This document shows positions 13,231 to 25,332 of a DNA stretch of 64,000 bases, piece after piece. The notes under the pieces are model-generated. The model did no database searches, had not been told where the DNA came from, and saw only the letters and a program-made list of their open reading frames with translations. The position numbers were made by a program, and so were the translations under genes. Numbering within the stretch: the first letter of the stretch is position 1; each line of letters starts with the position of its first letter. Source of the DNA: Octopus sinensis (Eukaryota); NCBI RefSeq assembly GCF_006345805.1, contig NC_043007.1:22196001-22260000 (forward strand), given 5' to 3'.

Positions 13231-13599
13231 TGTGTGTGTGTGTGTGTGGTGGGGATTGAATTCAGAACGTAGCGGCAGACGAAATAATTATTTCTTTACT
13301 ACCCACAAAGGGCTACACACAGAAAGGACAAACAAGGACAGACAAGGATGAAAGGCAAAGTTGACCTCGGCGGAATTTGAACTCAGAACGTAACGGCAGA
13401 CGAAATGCCGCTAAGCATTTCGCCCGGCGTGCTAACGTTTCTGCCAGCTCGTCGCCTTAATAACAACAACAGCAGCAGCAACAAGAACAAGAAGAACAAG
13501 AAGAAGAAGAAGAAGAAGAAGAAGAAGAACAACAACAACAACAAGAAAAACAAAAACAACAACAACAACAACAACAACAACAGTAATAATGATGATTAT

Positions 13600-15849
13600 G
13601 AGTAAAAAGATAAGCAGTTGGAAAGCAGCAGGACCTGATGGTGTATAGGGATCTTAGATAAAAAAAAAAAGAAGTTCAGTAGTTGCCATAAGTTGATCGC
13701 AGAACAATTTAATGCATTGATCAATGGAAATAAAATCGCGAGCTGGTTGACAACAGGACGAACGGTGTTGTGCCTGAAGGATACATTAAAAGGAAAATGT
13801 TGCTGACAATTACAGACCAATTTCCTGTCTCTCATTAATATGGAAGTTACTGTCAGGAGGAATTGCAGAAGAACTGTATAAATTTCTTGATGTGAACGAT
13901 ATATTACCGACGGAACAAAAAGGGTGTAGAAGGAGGTGCAGAGGTACCAAAGATCAACTGTTGATAGACAAAATGGTAATGCAAGATTGTAAACGAAGGA
14001 GAACAAATCTGGGAACGGCCTGGATTGACTATCGCAAAGCTTAGGATATGATTCCATATTCGTGGATCATCGAATGCTTAGATCTGTTTGGAATTGCGAG
14101 GACTGTAAAGTGTTTACCGAAGAGAAGTATTGTGGGATAGAAAACTGAAGTGACATTTTACGGAAAAACCTCGGGCACCCCGGGTATTAGAAGAGGGATT
14201 TTCCAGTGTGACAGCCTCTCTCTGTTGCTTTTCGTTCTCTGCATGATACCCCTGAACTTGGTACTCAGGAAAATGAACCTGGGGTACCAACTAAAGGAAA
14301 ACCCCAAACAATCAACCACCTCCTCTTCCTGGGTAATTTGAAACTGTATGGCAAAGATGAGATACAAGTGAGTTCCTTAATGAACACGGGCCACTGTCTT
14401 AGTACTGATATTAGAATGGAATTTGGACTCAAGAAGTACGGAGAAATCCACCTAAAAAGAAGTAAGGCACAATCCCTAGCAGAGATAGAATTATCGAACA
14501 GAGACTTAGTTAAGCAAATTGAAACGGAAGGATACAAATACCTTGGTGTACTAGGGTGCAACGAGATAACGGAAAAGGAAATGAAAGAGCAACTGAGGAT
14601 GGAGTATTTCCGAAGACTGAGGTTGGGGCTGCGCTCAAAAGTGACTGGATGCAATTAAATCCAAGCAATTAATACGTGGGCAATAGCATCACTTCGGTAT
14701 GGAGCGGGAATTATAAAATGGCAAAAGTGAGAAGTGAAGAAAATGGATACCAAGACCAGAAAACATGTTGGCAGTATACGGAGCTTTTCACCCTAAGAGT
14801 GACACCGATAGACTGTACTTGTCCTGAAGAAGAGGGTGGGAGAGGTTAGAATAGTTGCCAGGACTCTATCGAAGCAGAAAAAAAATGTTGTGAAGCCACT
14901 GTTGAAACACACGAAGAAGGCCGGCGCCATCAAAACTGAAAATTGTCTAATTAAAGAAAAATTTAAACAAGAGATGAACAAAAAAAAAAGAAAAGAAAAA
15001 AGAAAGAAAAAGCAGGGATGGGAAAAAATGTACGGTCAGTTTGCAAGAGATGTGAACGCCAAGACAGATACAGAGGAGCGGTGGATATGGATGAGGAGGA
15101 GTGACATGAAGATAGAGACACAAGCACTCATGCGCAGCTCAGGAACAAGTGTTAAGGACTAACTATGTGAAATGCAGAATTGACAACACTACCGATAGCG
15201 ACAAATGCAGATTGTGTGGTGAGAGGGGGTATGGCTCATCGTTAGCGAATGCCCGAAATTGGCACAACACGAATAGAAAATATGCGATGACAATGTGGCA
15301 AGAATGATTCATTGGGAGCTCTGTAGAAATCACAACTTACAAAGAGCAAAGACCGTGGTATGGACAAACTACAGGAGTCACCGTAAATGAGAATTGCAAA
15401 ATCCTGTGGGATGTAATGATCCAGTGCGATCACTTGACCAGACATAGGAAACCGGACACTGTTGTGGTAAATAAAAACAGAAAGAACATGTATGATTAGC
15501 GACATAGCATGCCCCGGTGACAACAGGATCAATGTGAAAGAAGAAAACATTAAAAAAAAACCCCAAAAACTACGACGATTTAAAGTGGGAAATACGAAGA
15601 TTGTGGTCAATGAAAAGAGTAGATGTGACACCAATAGTAATTAGTGTACTTGGAAGTATCAGCACTCAACTACCAACATGACCGAAAAAGTTCGGTGCAA
15701 GTGTGAAGGTGGATCAGCATTGCTTGAAACTGCAAGAATTCTTCATAGGGTTCTTGAAGCATGAGCAGTAAACAAGTGTCACCTTAGTCTGCTGGCAATG
15801 GACAGCTAGCACTTTCCATAATATCGAGCAAAATAAGCTCTGAGTTTTC

Positions 15850-15850
<1 letters not shown>
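13600..15850 (+). mobile_element. R4/Dong-clade non-LTR retrotransposon relic (RT + CCHC + restriction-like endonuclease), frameshifted
   Basis: [36 protein letters not shown] and RKPD motifs; lies between an (AAC/AAG/AAT)n tract and a (TAA)n tract. Confidence 0.88.
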
Positions 15851-15914
<64 letters not shown>

Positions 15915-15918
<4 letters not shown>

Positions 15919-17210
15919 AAGAGAAAATCAGGAAGGAATGTTATAGGAGAGTTCGTGCAGTCCTGAAATCTGAACTAAATGCACGTAACAAGGTGTTAGC
16001 TATAAATTCCTTAGCAGTTCCAGTTGTTACTTATAGCTACAATGTGTTGAACTGGAATATGAGTGAAGTAAAGAATATAGATAGAAAAATACGCAAGCTG
16101 CTGAGTTGTAATAGGATGCACCACCCAAAGGCAGACGTAGATCGCCTTTACCTTCCCAGAGCCCAAGGAGGTCGAGGCCTGATCCAATTTGAACTAGCTT
16201 ACAAAACAACCACAATTGGACTGGCCAAATATCTCGAAATATCGAATGACTGGATGCTAAAGCTCGTGGAAAATCACGAGAGACGAAAGAAGCTTCATTC
16301 TATCATAAAGGAAAGCAAAAAATTTGCTATTGATCTCGTGCAGGATACCCAAACTGAACAACTCGAGGGAAGTACGGCAACTATTGTTGCAAAGAAGGTG
16401 AAAATGATGGCAATGAAAAAAGCGCACGAGCAATTGGCTGATAGGTGGGAGGAGAAACCTCTGCACGGCAAATATGTGACCCGCAGCAAACAAGCTGATG
16501 TTGACCAGAAGCAAACCCATCAGTGGCTACGGAGCTCAGGGCTAAAAGCAGAGAGCGAAGGTTTCATCCTGGCTGCTCAAGATCAAAGCCTATTAACCCG
16601 GAACTACCAGGCCAATGTGATGAAAAATGGAGCAGACCCAAAATGCCGATTCTGCAACGACATGATTGAAACAGTGGACCACCTAATGTCTGGATGTAAA
16701 GTCTTAGCACCCGTGGAGTATAAATTAAGACATGACAGAGTTGGCCAATATCTCCACTGGCTAATAAGTCGGCATTACAATATCAAAACTGCCGACAAGT
16801 GGTATAATCACCACCCTGAGGCTGTAACTGAAGGAGAAAATGTAACCATTCTGTGGGACTTTCCAGTACATACACACCGAACCATCAAGGCCAATAAACC
16901 AGATATTGTTGTGAAAGACCAAAACAATAAAGTTTACTTATTGATCGACATGAGCATCCCCTGTGATCATAATATCTCAGCGAAAGAGTTTGACAAGCTC
17001 AGAAAATATAAAGACCTACTCATTGAAATTGAGAAAATGTGGCATCTCAAGGCGGTTACAATACCAGTGATCGTAGGAGCACTAGGAATGATCAAGAAGG
17101 GAACCGAAAATTATATGAGAATGATCCCTGGCTTACCATCCCTGCAAGAAGTGCAAAAGATTGTCTTAACTGGTACATCACACGTATTGAGAAGAGCATT
17201 GTCGATGTGA
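15915..17210 (+). mobile_element. 5'-truncated R4/Dong-clade LINE with an uninterrupted 431-aa C-terminal ORF (thumb, CCHC knuckle, PD-(D/E)xK endonuclease)
   Basis: CRFC...H...C, RHD, WDF, KPDIV...LIDM...K..KY motifs; flanked by (TAA)n at 15852-15915 and ~17380-17432. Confidence 0.92.
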
Positions 17211-17434
17211 GAACTGTTGCTGCTCATGTATTTTAATTTAACTTAAAAAAAAAAAAAAGAACGAACTACTGAGTTTGGTTTAATGGCCTACCAATGTATA
17301 CTATGAGTTTCTTTGCCCTAGGAGTCGGGAAGACACTCGGCAAGAAATGGAAGCAAATTTGAAAGAAGAAAAAAAAAGTAATAATAATAATAATAATAAT
17401 AATATAATAATAATAATAATAATAATAACAATAA

Positions 17435-19537
17435 TTTGGAAGATACTCATTGGAATTTGTGCGGCAAAGACATACACTTTCCTGGCACAGGAAGAAATAG
17501 TACCAAGTGGACAAAAAGGGCTGTAGGAAGAGTTCTCAGGGTAACAAGGGTCATCTGGTCGTCGATAAAACAGTTTTGAGGCATTGTGAAAAGCATCATA
17601 TAAATATGTCTATGGCTTGGATTGACTTTAAGAAGGCATATGATACGGTACCACGTTCTTGAATCGTTGAATACCTGCAGATGTTTGGTGTTGCTGACCA
17701 GTAGCCATCAGTGGCTACGGAGCTCATGGCTAAAGGCAGAGAGTGACGGTTTTATCTTGGTTGCTCAAGATCAGAGCTTACTGACCCGGAACTATCAAGC
17801 CAATGTGATGAAAAACGGTGAAGATCCATACTGCAACGATGGTATAGAAATAGTCGACCATCTAATCTCCGGATGTAAGGTTTTAGCACCTGTAGAGTAC
17901 AAATCAAGTACATGACAAAGTTGGCCAATATCTACATTCGATAATGCGTCGGCATTAAAAAATCAAAACTGCTGACAAATGGTACAAGCACCACCCTGAG
18001 GCTGTAACTGAGGGAGAAAATGTAACTATTCTTTGCTTTACATGGATGACCTGAAGCTTTTTAGTAAGAATGAAAAGAGATAGGTTCCTTAATACAGACT
18101 GTAGGACTCTCTAGCAAAGATATGGGCATGGAATTTGGCATAGATAAGTGTGTGATATTGGTCATGAGAAGGGGACAGGTAGTCAACAGTGAAGGCATCC
18201 AATTACCAGATGGCCAGATATTTAAAATCATTGAAAGGAGGAGAAAGTTATAAGTATCTAGGAGTATTAGAATTTGACAAGGTACTAATTACAGAAATGA
18301 AAACGAAAATTCAGGAGTACATCAGAAGGACGAGGAAGGTAATGAAATCAAAGCTAAACGGTCTGAATCTAGTGAAGGCTGTAAATACTTGGGTAGTATC
18401 ATTACTTAGATACTCGGCAGCTTTTGTAGATTGGACAAAAACTGAATCAGCAAAACTAGACAGAAGAACTAGGAAGGAGTTCAATATGAATGGAGGACTC
18501 CACCCAAGAGCAGGAGTAGCAATATTGTACCTATCTAGAAAGGAAGGTAGAAGAGGGTTAATATCAGTGGAAGACTACATGGAGTTAGCTGGAGTAGATA
18601 TAGGCTACTATGTAGGTGGCAATAGTGAAGAAAGTTTATTAAAAACTGATAGAGTCAGAGCAAGACATAGGTAAACCAAAACACCAAACTAACTCAAAAA
18701 CCAGAAAAAAGAACAGAAATTATCTGACTGGCAGGAGAAGGTGTTGCATGGTAGATTCCCAAAGATAGTTTCAGCAAATACTAGTAGTGAGACATGGTTA
18801 TGTCTGCAGAAAGGAAAGCTGAAGAGGGAGACAGAAAGTTTGTTAGTAGCAGTACAAGATCAAGCATTAAGGACTAATTGGATAAAAGCGAAGATATATA
18901 AAAACCAAGTAGATTCCCAATGTAGATTATGCAAATCAAAAGAGGAAAGCGTTACTCATATAGTAAGTAAATGTAGCATGATGGTACAGAATGAATACAA
19001 GAAAAGACATGGCAGTCTAGGGAGAGCAATGTACTGGGAGCTTTGTAGAAAGCTAGGATTTGAATATACTGATAAATGGTATGAACAGGAACCTAGTAAA
19101 GTACTAGAAAGTAAGAAATACGAGATACTGTGGGACTTTAACATTCAGACTGACAGAGTAATAGAAGCTAGAAGGCCTGGTTTAGTAGTAGTAGATAAAG
19201 AGAATAGAAGATGCCAGATAGTTGACTTCACAGTCCCAAATGATGAAAAAATTAATATGGGAAGTATAGAAAAAATATCAAAGTACCAGGACCTAGCTAT
19301 TGAATTACAGAGACTATGAAAAATGCAGGTAAAAATGTATCCCAGTAGTTATAGGTGCATTGGGTACAATCCCTAAAGATCTGAACAGATGGATAGAGGG
19401 AATAGGCATAAAACCAAATTTAGTACAACTGCAGAAGACAGTGTTATTAGGGACAGCTAAGATACTTGGGCGGGTTCTTGGCATCTAAGGCTACTTGTTG
19501 TAGCCCGATGTTGGGATTCTTTTCCAACAGTCTAATC
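17435..19537 (+). mobile_element. Third R4/Dong-clade LINE relic (chimeric); its 3' UTR resumes at 24345 after a hAT insertion
   Basis: AWIDFKKAYD, YMDDLKLF, YKYLG, CRLC and ILWDFNIQTD motifs; ends in (TAA)n at 24368-24428. Confidence 0.88.
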
Positions 19538-20326
19538 CATAGCTTCCCAAAGTAGGCGATATCGCCCACCGGTGGGGGATGGGCAAAATTCTAGAAAACG
19601 GTGGGCGATTTGAGATTTTGGTGGACGATATGAACATTTTGCGAGTGACAATGAATTTCTAGAAATTAAGTCTCCATTTACTTATATCTAGGCATGCCTA
19701 GAATAAGAATGCACTTTTATTGATTTGACTATTTGTATTAAACAAGCGAACTTGCTTATCGATCGAATATTTTTGTCGCAGTCATTGAGATAGTTGTGGC
19801 GCGTGATAAAATTAGCAGCCAAATAGGCCTAGGTCTTAAATCACACTCCATCACAAATGTTTTTTTTTATATACATAATCGTATGAAATCATGCGCATAG
19901 AATTCAAATTCGCGAAAATTTTCTGAAAACTCCGAAAAATGGTTTCATATCAAAGCACAAGGGCTGTTTTCAGGATGTTGACAAAATGTACAGTCACGCA
20001 CAAAATGACAGCTTTGAAATCGTGTTTCTTGACTGGGTGAAAATGATCAAAATTTAAACCTCTATAACTTATTAAAAACATTTTTCTGGAAAAAGTTGAA
20101 TAACTTTAGTAATTTAGCTTGGAAAGGCACATTAATGTGCCAAATTCTAAAATTTTCGATAAACTTTAATTTTTGAAATACTGGCAGCCAAACGAACTAG
20201 ATCCGTATTTGCTCCAGCAAAGACGCGTCATCTGACTCTGCTCTGTTGACTTCTTCGCTTTGGGAATATCATACTGCCTTTATGACGCTGTCTGTAGAAA
20301 TTCGTTTTCACATTTTCACTTTACCG

Positions 20327-20980
20327 ATGCATCCAGTCAAGCGAATTTGTCTACAGTACAGTAGTGATTATTTATCGTTTGCATTTATCCCTTCTCCTCA
20401 GAACTGTCAGTTACCAATGTGCCTTCTTTGCCATCAAACATTGACCAACGAAACAATAAAACCTTCACACTTGAAGTATCATTTTGAAGCAAAGCATTCT
20501 GGCAAGAAGGACAAGCCGTTATCATACTTTTTGCAACTGAGCTTCTCTTTCAAAAAGCAAATACAAACATTCAACATGCTACTCCAGGAAACTAGTAAAC
20601 AGGAGAATGAGGGGTTGATTGCATCGTATAACATTGCATTGCTTGTTACTAAGTCTGGGAAGTCTCAAACAATTGGAGAAACATTACTTCGCCCAGTTAG
20701 CGAAGAGGTTTTGTCAACCGTTATGCATGAAAAGCCCGATAATATTATGAAGAAGATCCCACTTAGTAATAACACAATTTCTCGACGCATCGATGAAATG
20801 GCCACCGATGTCAAACATCAGCTCATTAATATTCACCAGCGTTGTGAATTTTCTATACAAGTGGATGAGTCAACTGTTGTGGACAATCAATGTTTGATGA
20901 TGGTATATGTTCGGTATTTCAGCGAAGACCTTCAAACTTGTGAGGAAATGCTGTTCACAGAGAAATTGCCACTTGATTAA
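20327..20980 (+). pseudogene. hAT transposase N-terminal fragment (ZBED5/SCAND3-like)
   Basis: BED-like CxxC...H...H and FSIQVDEST; truncated by a MITE fragment at ~20983. Confidence 0.85.
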
Positions 20981-21436
20981 GGAAGGTAGATTCTGATCGA
21001 ATGTGTTTATAAAACCTCCTTTTCTCTTGGCTTTCTTGAGAAAATTCTGTAGTTTGTAACATGTTTGTTGTTTAATTTCTTGCATTTCGGCAATTTCAAC
21101 CACTCAATGACGTCTATTGAGGTGAATTCAATTTCTCCGTTAACATTTTCTGGCGGCGTCAAATGAAAATGTCCCTGTTACATATTACATATTCGTTTAA
21201 GAAACAGATTGGGTTTATTTACATTTCTGCATAACTAGTTTTCACATTCTCAAGTCTTTCCTTCTTGAACATAATACCCCGCTCAGTAATATTCTTGCCT
21301 GTACGCCTGATGGAGCTCCTTCGATGATAGGAAGATACAGAGGTTTTTCATCTCTCCTAAAGCGTGAAACATCCCACCCGATACTAACTTTTCATTGCTT
21401 GCCACACCGGCAGCATTTAGTTGTAAAAATATGAAC

Positions 21437-21842
21437 AGCAGGAGTGGCTGTGTGGTAAGTAGCTTGTTTACCAACCACATGGTTCCGGGTTCAGTCCCAC
21501 TGCGTGGCATCTTGGGCAAGTGTCTTCTACTATAGCTTCGGGCCGACCAAAGCCTTGTGAGTGGATTTGGTGGACGGAAACTGAAAGAAGCCCGTCGTAT
21601 ATATGTATATATATATATATGTGTGTGTATGTTTGTGTGTCTGTGATTGTCCCCCTAGCATTGCTTGACAACCGATGCTGGTGTGTTTATGTCCCCGTCA
21701 CTTAGCGGTTCGGCAAAAGAGACCGATAGAATAAGTACTGGGCTTACAGAGAATAAGTCCCGGGGTCGATTTGCTCGACTAAAGGTGGTGCTCCAGCATG
21801 GCTGCAGTCAAATGACTGAAACAAGTAAAAGAGTAAAGAGTG
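21437..21842 (+). mobile_element. SINE family A, near full length, nested in the hAT
   Basis: tRNA-like head (TGGCTGTGTGG A-box, GGTTCAGTCCC B-box), internal (TA)/(TG) tract, GTAAAAGA tail. Confidence 0.9.
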
Positions 21843-22252
21843 AAAGAGCAGATTGAATGATGCGCTACAAGACTGTGAACAAATTTAAGTCCAGTCCCTT
21901 GTCTGATCGAATGTTCCATCAACTCTGTCTGAGAAATGACGAGGACCATACCAAAGTGCGGTGGCTAACAAAAAACGCTTTGTTGAACTGTTTTATACAA
22001 TATCTTTTTCTTTGAAGCTAATCCAATATCCGCTTCATTAATGGCTGCATTTTTTCTTTGTGATATATTCACAAAATTAAATGATTTGAATAAGTTATTG
22101 CAAGGAAACAGAAAAAACTCGTTGATTATAAATCACTAATTTCATTTCAAAATTGGTGTTGTTTAAGACTAACATTTCAAAACGACAATTCCATCAATTT
22201 CCACAACTTGATTCTTTAAAAGATGAATAATTGGTTGATGAAGATTTAACTA

Positions 22253-23513
22253 TTAGGTCGTCAAGTATGAAATTTGTAGTAAGGTATATGGTAAACCTTG
22301 ACAGCTGTTCATTTTACACCGTTATTATATTTTGACAATCTTTATTTTTTGTTAGAAAGCTGACACATCTATTTCTTTATTCTAACTCATTTTGCGCTTT
22401 AAAAAGTATTTATAAATCGTTTTTTTGCTATTTTTGTTTAGAGATGGATAATTCGGAAATTCGTACAGTTTCTTGGTAATACAGCATCACAGACAGCTCG
22501 GAATATTAATGGAGCATTTCATTCTAATGTTACTACACAGCCGACAGTATCAAATTGTTTTGTAAAATTTCGTTCTGGTCACTTTGACCTCACAAATGAG
22601 CAACGCGGTCGACCAGAAACAAAGGTGGATAATGACGAAATGAAAGCCACCGTTGAGTCAGATCCATTTCAAAGTGCCTGTGAGTTATCGTTGTTGTTTG
22701 GTGTTAGCATGCAAACAATATTGACTCTCCTAGTTCAAATCGGCAAAGTGAAAAAGTTGGATAAGTGGGTTCCACATGAATTCAATGAAAATCAGAAACA
22801 GCAACGTTTGGAAGCCTGCATTATGCTACTTTCTCGTCATAAAATTGAATCGTTTTCGAATCGAATTGTAACATGTGATGAGAATTTGATCCAACACAAC
22901 AATTGTAAACGTCAGCACAATGGTTGAACAAAGACGAGCCACCAAAACACAGTCCAAAAAGCTAAATTCATCAAAAGAAGCTGATGGTGTGTGTTTGGTG
23001 GTCTGGCGCAGGTGTGATCCATTATGATTTCATTAAACCTAGCTCATCAGTCACGGCCGAAGTATACTGCAGCCAACTGGACCAAATGATGCAGAAACTT
23101 ACAAGGAAAAACAGCCTAGATTAGTCAACAGACCCACTCCTATTTTATTGCAAGACAACGCTAGACCACACATCGCAAAAATGACATTGGCGAAACTACA
23201 GGAATTGGAGTTGGAAGTTCTCCATCATCCATCATACTCACCTGATCTTGCCCCCACTGACTAACACTTCTTTCAGAATTTGGATAACTTTTTGATGGGA
23301 AAAAAATTAATTCCGACGATGCTATAAAACAGGCCTTCCAAGATTTTATTGACTCTAGATTGCCAGGCTTTTTTTCAGTTCCCGGCAGGACAAGCTACCG
23401 CTGAAATGGCATAAGTGTATTGACAATATGGGTGCATACTTTGATGAATAAAATTATTCTTTGTATTTATAAAACATTAGCAAACTTTTTTCTTTTCTAC
23501 AAATTTCATACTT
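22253..23513 (+). mobile_element. Mariner relic nested in the hAT
   Basis: TA + TTAGGTCGTCAAGTATGAAATTTGTAG left TIR; partial right TIR CTACAAATTTCATACTT; WVPHE, TCDE, QDNARPH and YSPDLAPTD motifs. Confidence 0.9.
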
Positions 23514-24386
23514 ATCGCAGCTATTTACAATCATTGCACGATGACATGGTGGAGCGATTTCAAGATGTTATTGCGCCGAATATTTCAAATTGGTATAGCA
23601 ATCCGTTTGAGGTTAATGCAGTCGATTGTAAGGAAGACGTTCGGGAGGAATTGATAGCATTACAAAATGACAATGAAGCCACAATGCGATATCGCCATTA
23701 TAGCAAAGGTTTGTAGCAGCATCAAAGTAGATTGAATTCCTACCTCAATCAGCGGTAACATCTGAAATTACTTTTGCTTGCCTTCCCTACTTCGCACCTG
23801 GTTGAATCTAGTTTTAGACATATTGGAACTTTACTTTCCCAGAATAGAATTGGACTGGATGTGACACAATGAGAAGACTGGCGTCTAAAGTTGACAAGTT
23901 TGAAACCGAATGTATCGCACCAGACTCATGGTTCTCATTAAAGAGTTTTATTCTTTTTCTTTATGATACAATCATTAATTATTTCTGCATCGGTAGTTCT
24001 GATCAATGATTCATTTGGGGAAAATGAAAATCAGTGTAAAAGAAAGCGCAAGTTTCCAGAAGTTAATCTGTCTGAAAAATATAGAACAAACGTTAGAATT
24101 TTATTTACATTAATGGCAAAAACTAAACCCACAATAAGGGATTTTTAAACTATGCATATTTAATTCAAACAGGGCAACGAGTCTACGACGTAGTGTGTGC
24201 GTCAAATGATACAGAGGGGTCCTAGGGGATTTTGTGTTGGAGTTGTGTCAGGTTTTTTTTTTTTACACAGGTGAGCGATGGAGCATATTTTGGCTGATAG
24301 GTGAGCGATATTGCAATTCGACGCGAAAAGTTTGGGAAACACTGGTCTAATCTGTTGAGTGTATATGAATAATAATAATAATAATA

Positions 24387-24429
<43 letters not shown>

Positions 24430-24781
24430 TGACCGACAGATTTAAAAAATAATTTTTTGTAACTAAACACTTTCAAACTTCGGACACTGGTAGAATGGTG
24501 TCATATAAAACATGTTTTACTCTTAGCACTTTTGAGAAAAACTTTTGAGAAAAAGAATCAACGGCAGTAATTTTATTCAGCTGAATACACGTCATTGATT
24601 GGTTGAAATTACCGAAATACGAGAACTTTAACGTGAAATACCTTCCTAAATATAAGCTTTTCTCAAAAACGCTAAGAGTAAAAGATGTTTTGTATGACAC
24701 GTTCTACCAGTGTCCGAAGTTTGAAAGTGTTTAGTTACAAAAAATTATTTTAAAAATCTGTCGGTCGAAAGGTAAAGATCC
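24430..24781. mobile_element. MITE with ~110-bp inverted arms, related to the Merlin-like family
   Basis: GACCGACAGATTT...CTTCGGACACTGGTAGAA mirrored; ends in AAAGATCC. Confidence 0.75.
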
Positions 24782-24951
24782 GAAGCATTTGTTATGGTAG
24801 TAGAAAATTTTGCACTTCGTTCAAAATTTGGATCTTGTGTTTGAAAAATAAAACTTGTAAAATTCGGGGTCTCGTAAAGCGAGTTATTATTGTATATCCA
24901 AATTGTGTGATAAGATTCTTCGAAATAATTGTAATCCAAATACTAACAGCA

Positions 24952-25014
24952 ATGATGATGATGGTAGTGATGGTGGTTGTGATGACGATGATGATGATGA
25001 TGATGATGATGGTA

Positions 25015-25043
<29 letters not shown>
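24952..25043. repeat. (GAT)n microsatellite upstream of the claudin-like start codon
   Basis: Seen directly. Confidence 0.95.
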
Positions 25044-25045
<2 letters not shown>

Positions 25046-25178
25046 CTTGATTTCCTTCAAAAATATTTCTAATGTGCCGGATATCCGATATTTGAACAGC
25101 ATTAAATAGGACCGTATTTAAGGAGAGGTTGGTACACAGTTTTCACAGTTGTGCTCTTCATTTCATTTAACAGCGAGA

Positions 25179-25332
25179 ATGGATATGCTTCAAATTGCCT
25201 ACGGTGTGCAGGTCGTCGGGTTCGTGGCTGATGTTATTGCCTTAGCTACAGTTGGCTGGTTGACGCAATATGATAGAAAAATAGGATTATTTAAGATGTG
25301 CACAAGTCTCAGATGTTATGATGTTACGTTCA
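25179..25332 (+). CDS. Claudin/PMP22/EMP-like four-TM protein, coding exon 1
   Basis: MDMLQIAYGVQVVGFVADVIALATVGWLTQYDRKIGLFKMCTSLRCYDVTF: TM1 plus the W-GL(W/F)-C-C signature; phase-1 donor GTAAGT at 25333; possible acceptor CAG at 25171-25173 implies an upstream UTR exon. Confidence 0.88.

Larger units (their letters stand above)
19538..24344 (+). mobile_element. hAT (Buster/Charlie-type) DNA transposon relic with nested elements
   Basis: Termini CATAGCTTCCCAAA...TTTGGGAAACACTG; 8-bp TSD GTCTAATC with central TA (19530-19537, 24345-24352); transposase fragments CLLC...LKYH, PLSNNTISRRI, FSIQVDES and FPTSHLVES. Confidence 0.92.

Noticed and set aside
20246-20980. Domesticated ZBED5/SCAND3-type host gene
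   Set aside because: It sits between TIRs with a TSD, and the downstream part is broken by stops and nested insertions.
24903-25109. Poly-Asp ORF as an upstream exon of the claudin-like gene
   Set aside because: It is a (GAT)n microsatellite with no supporting splice structure.
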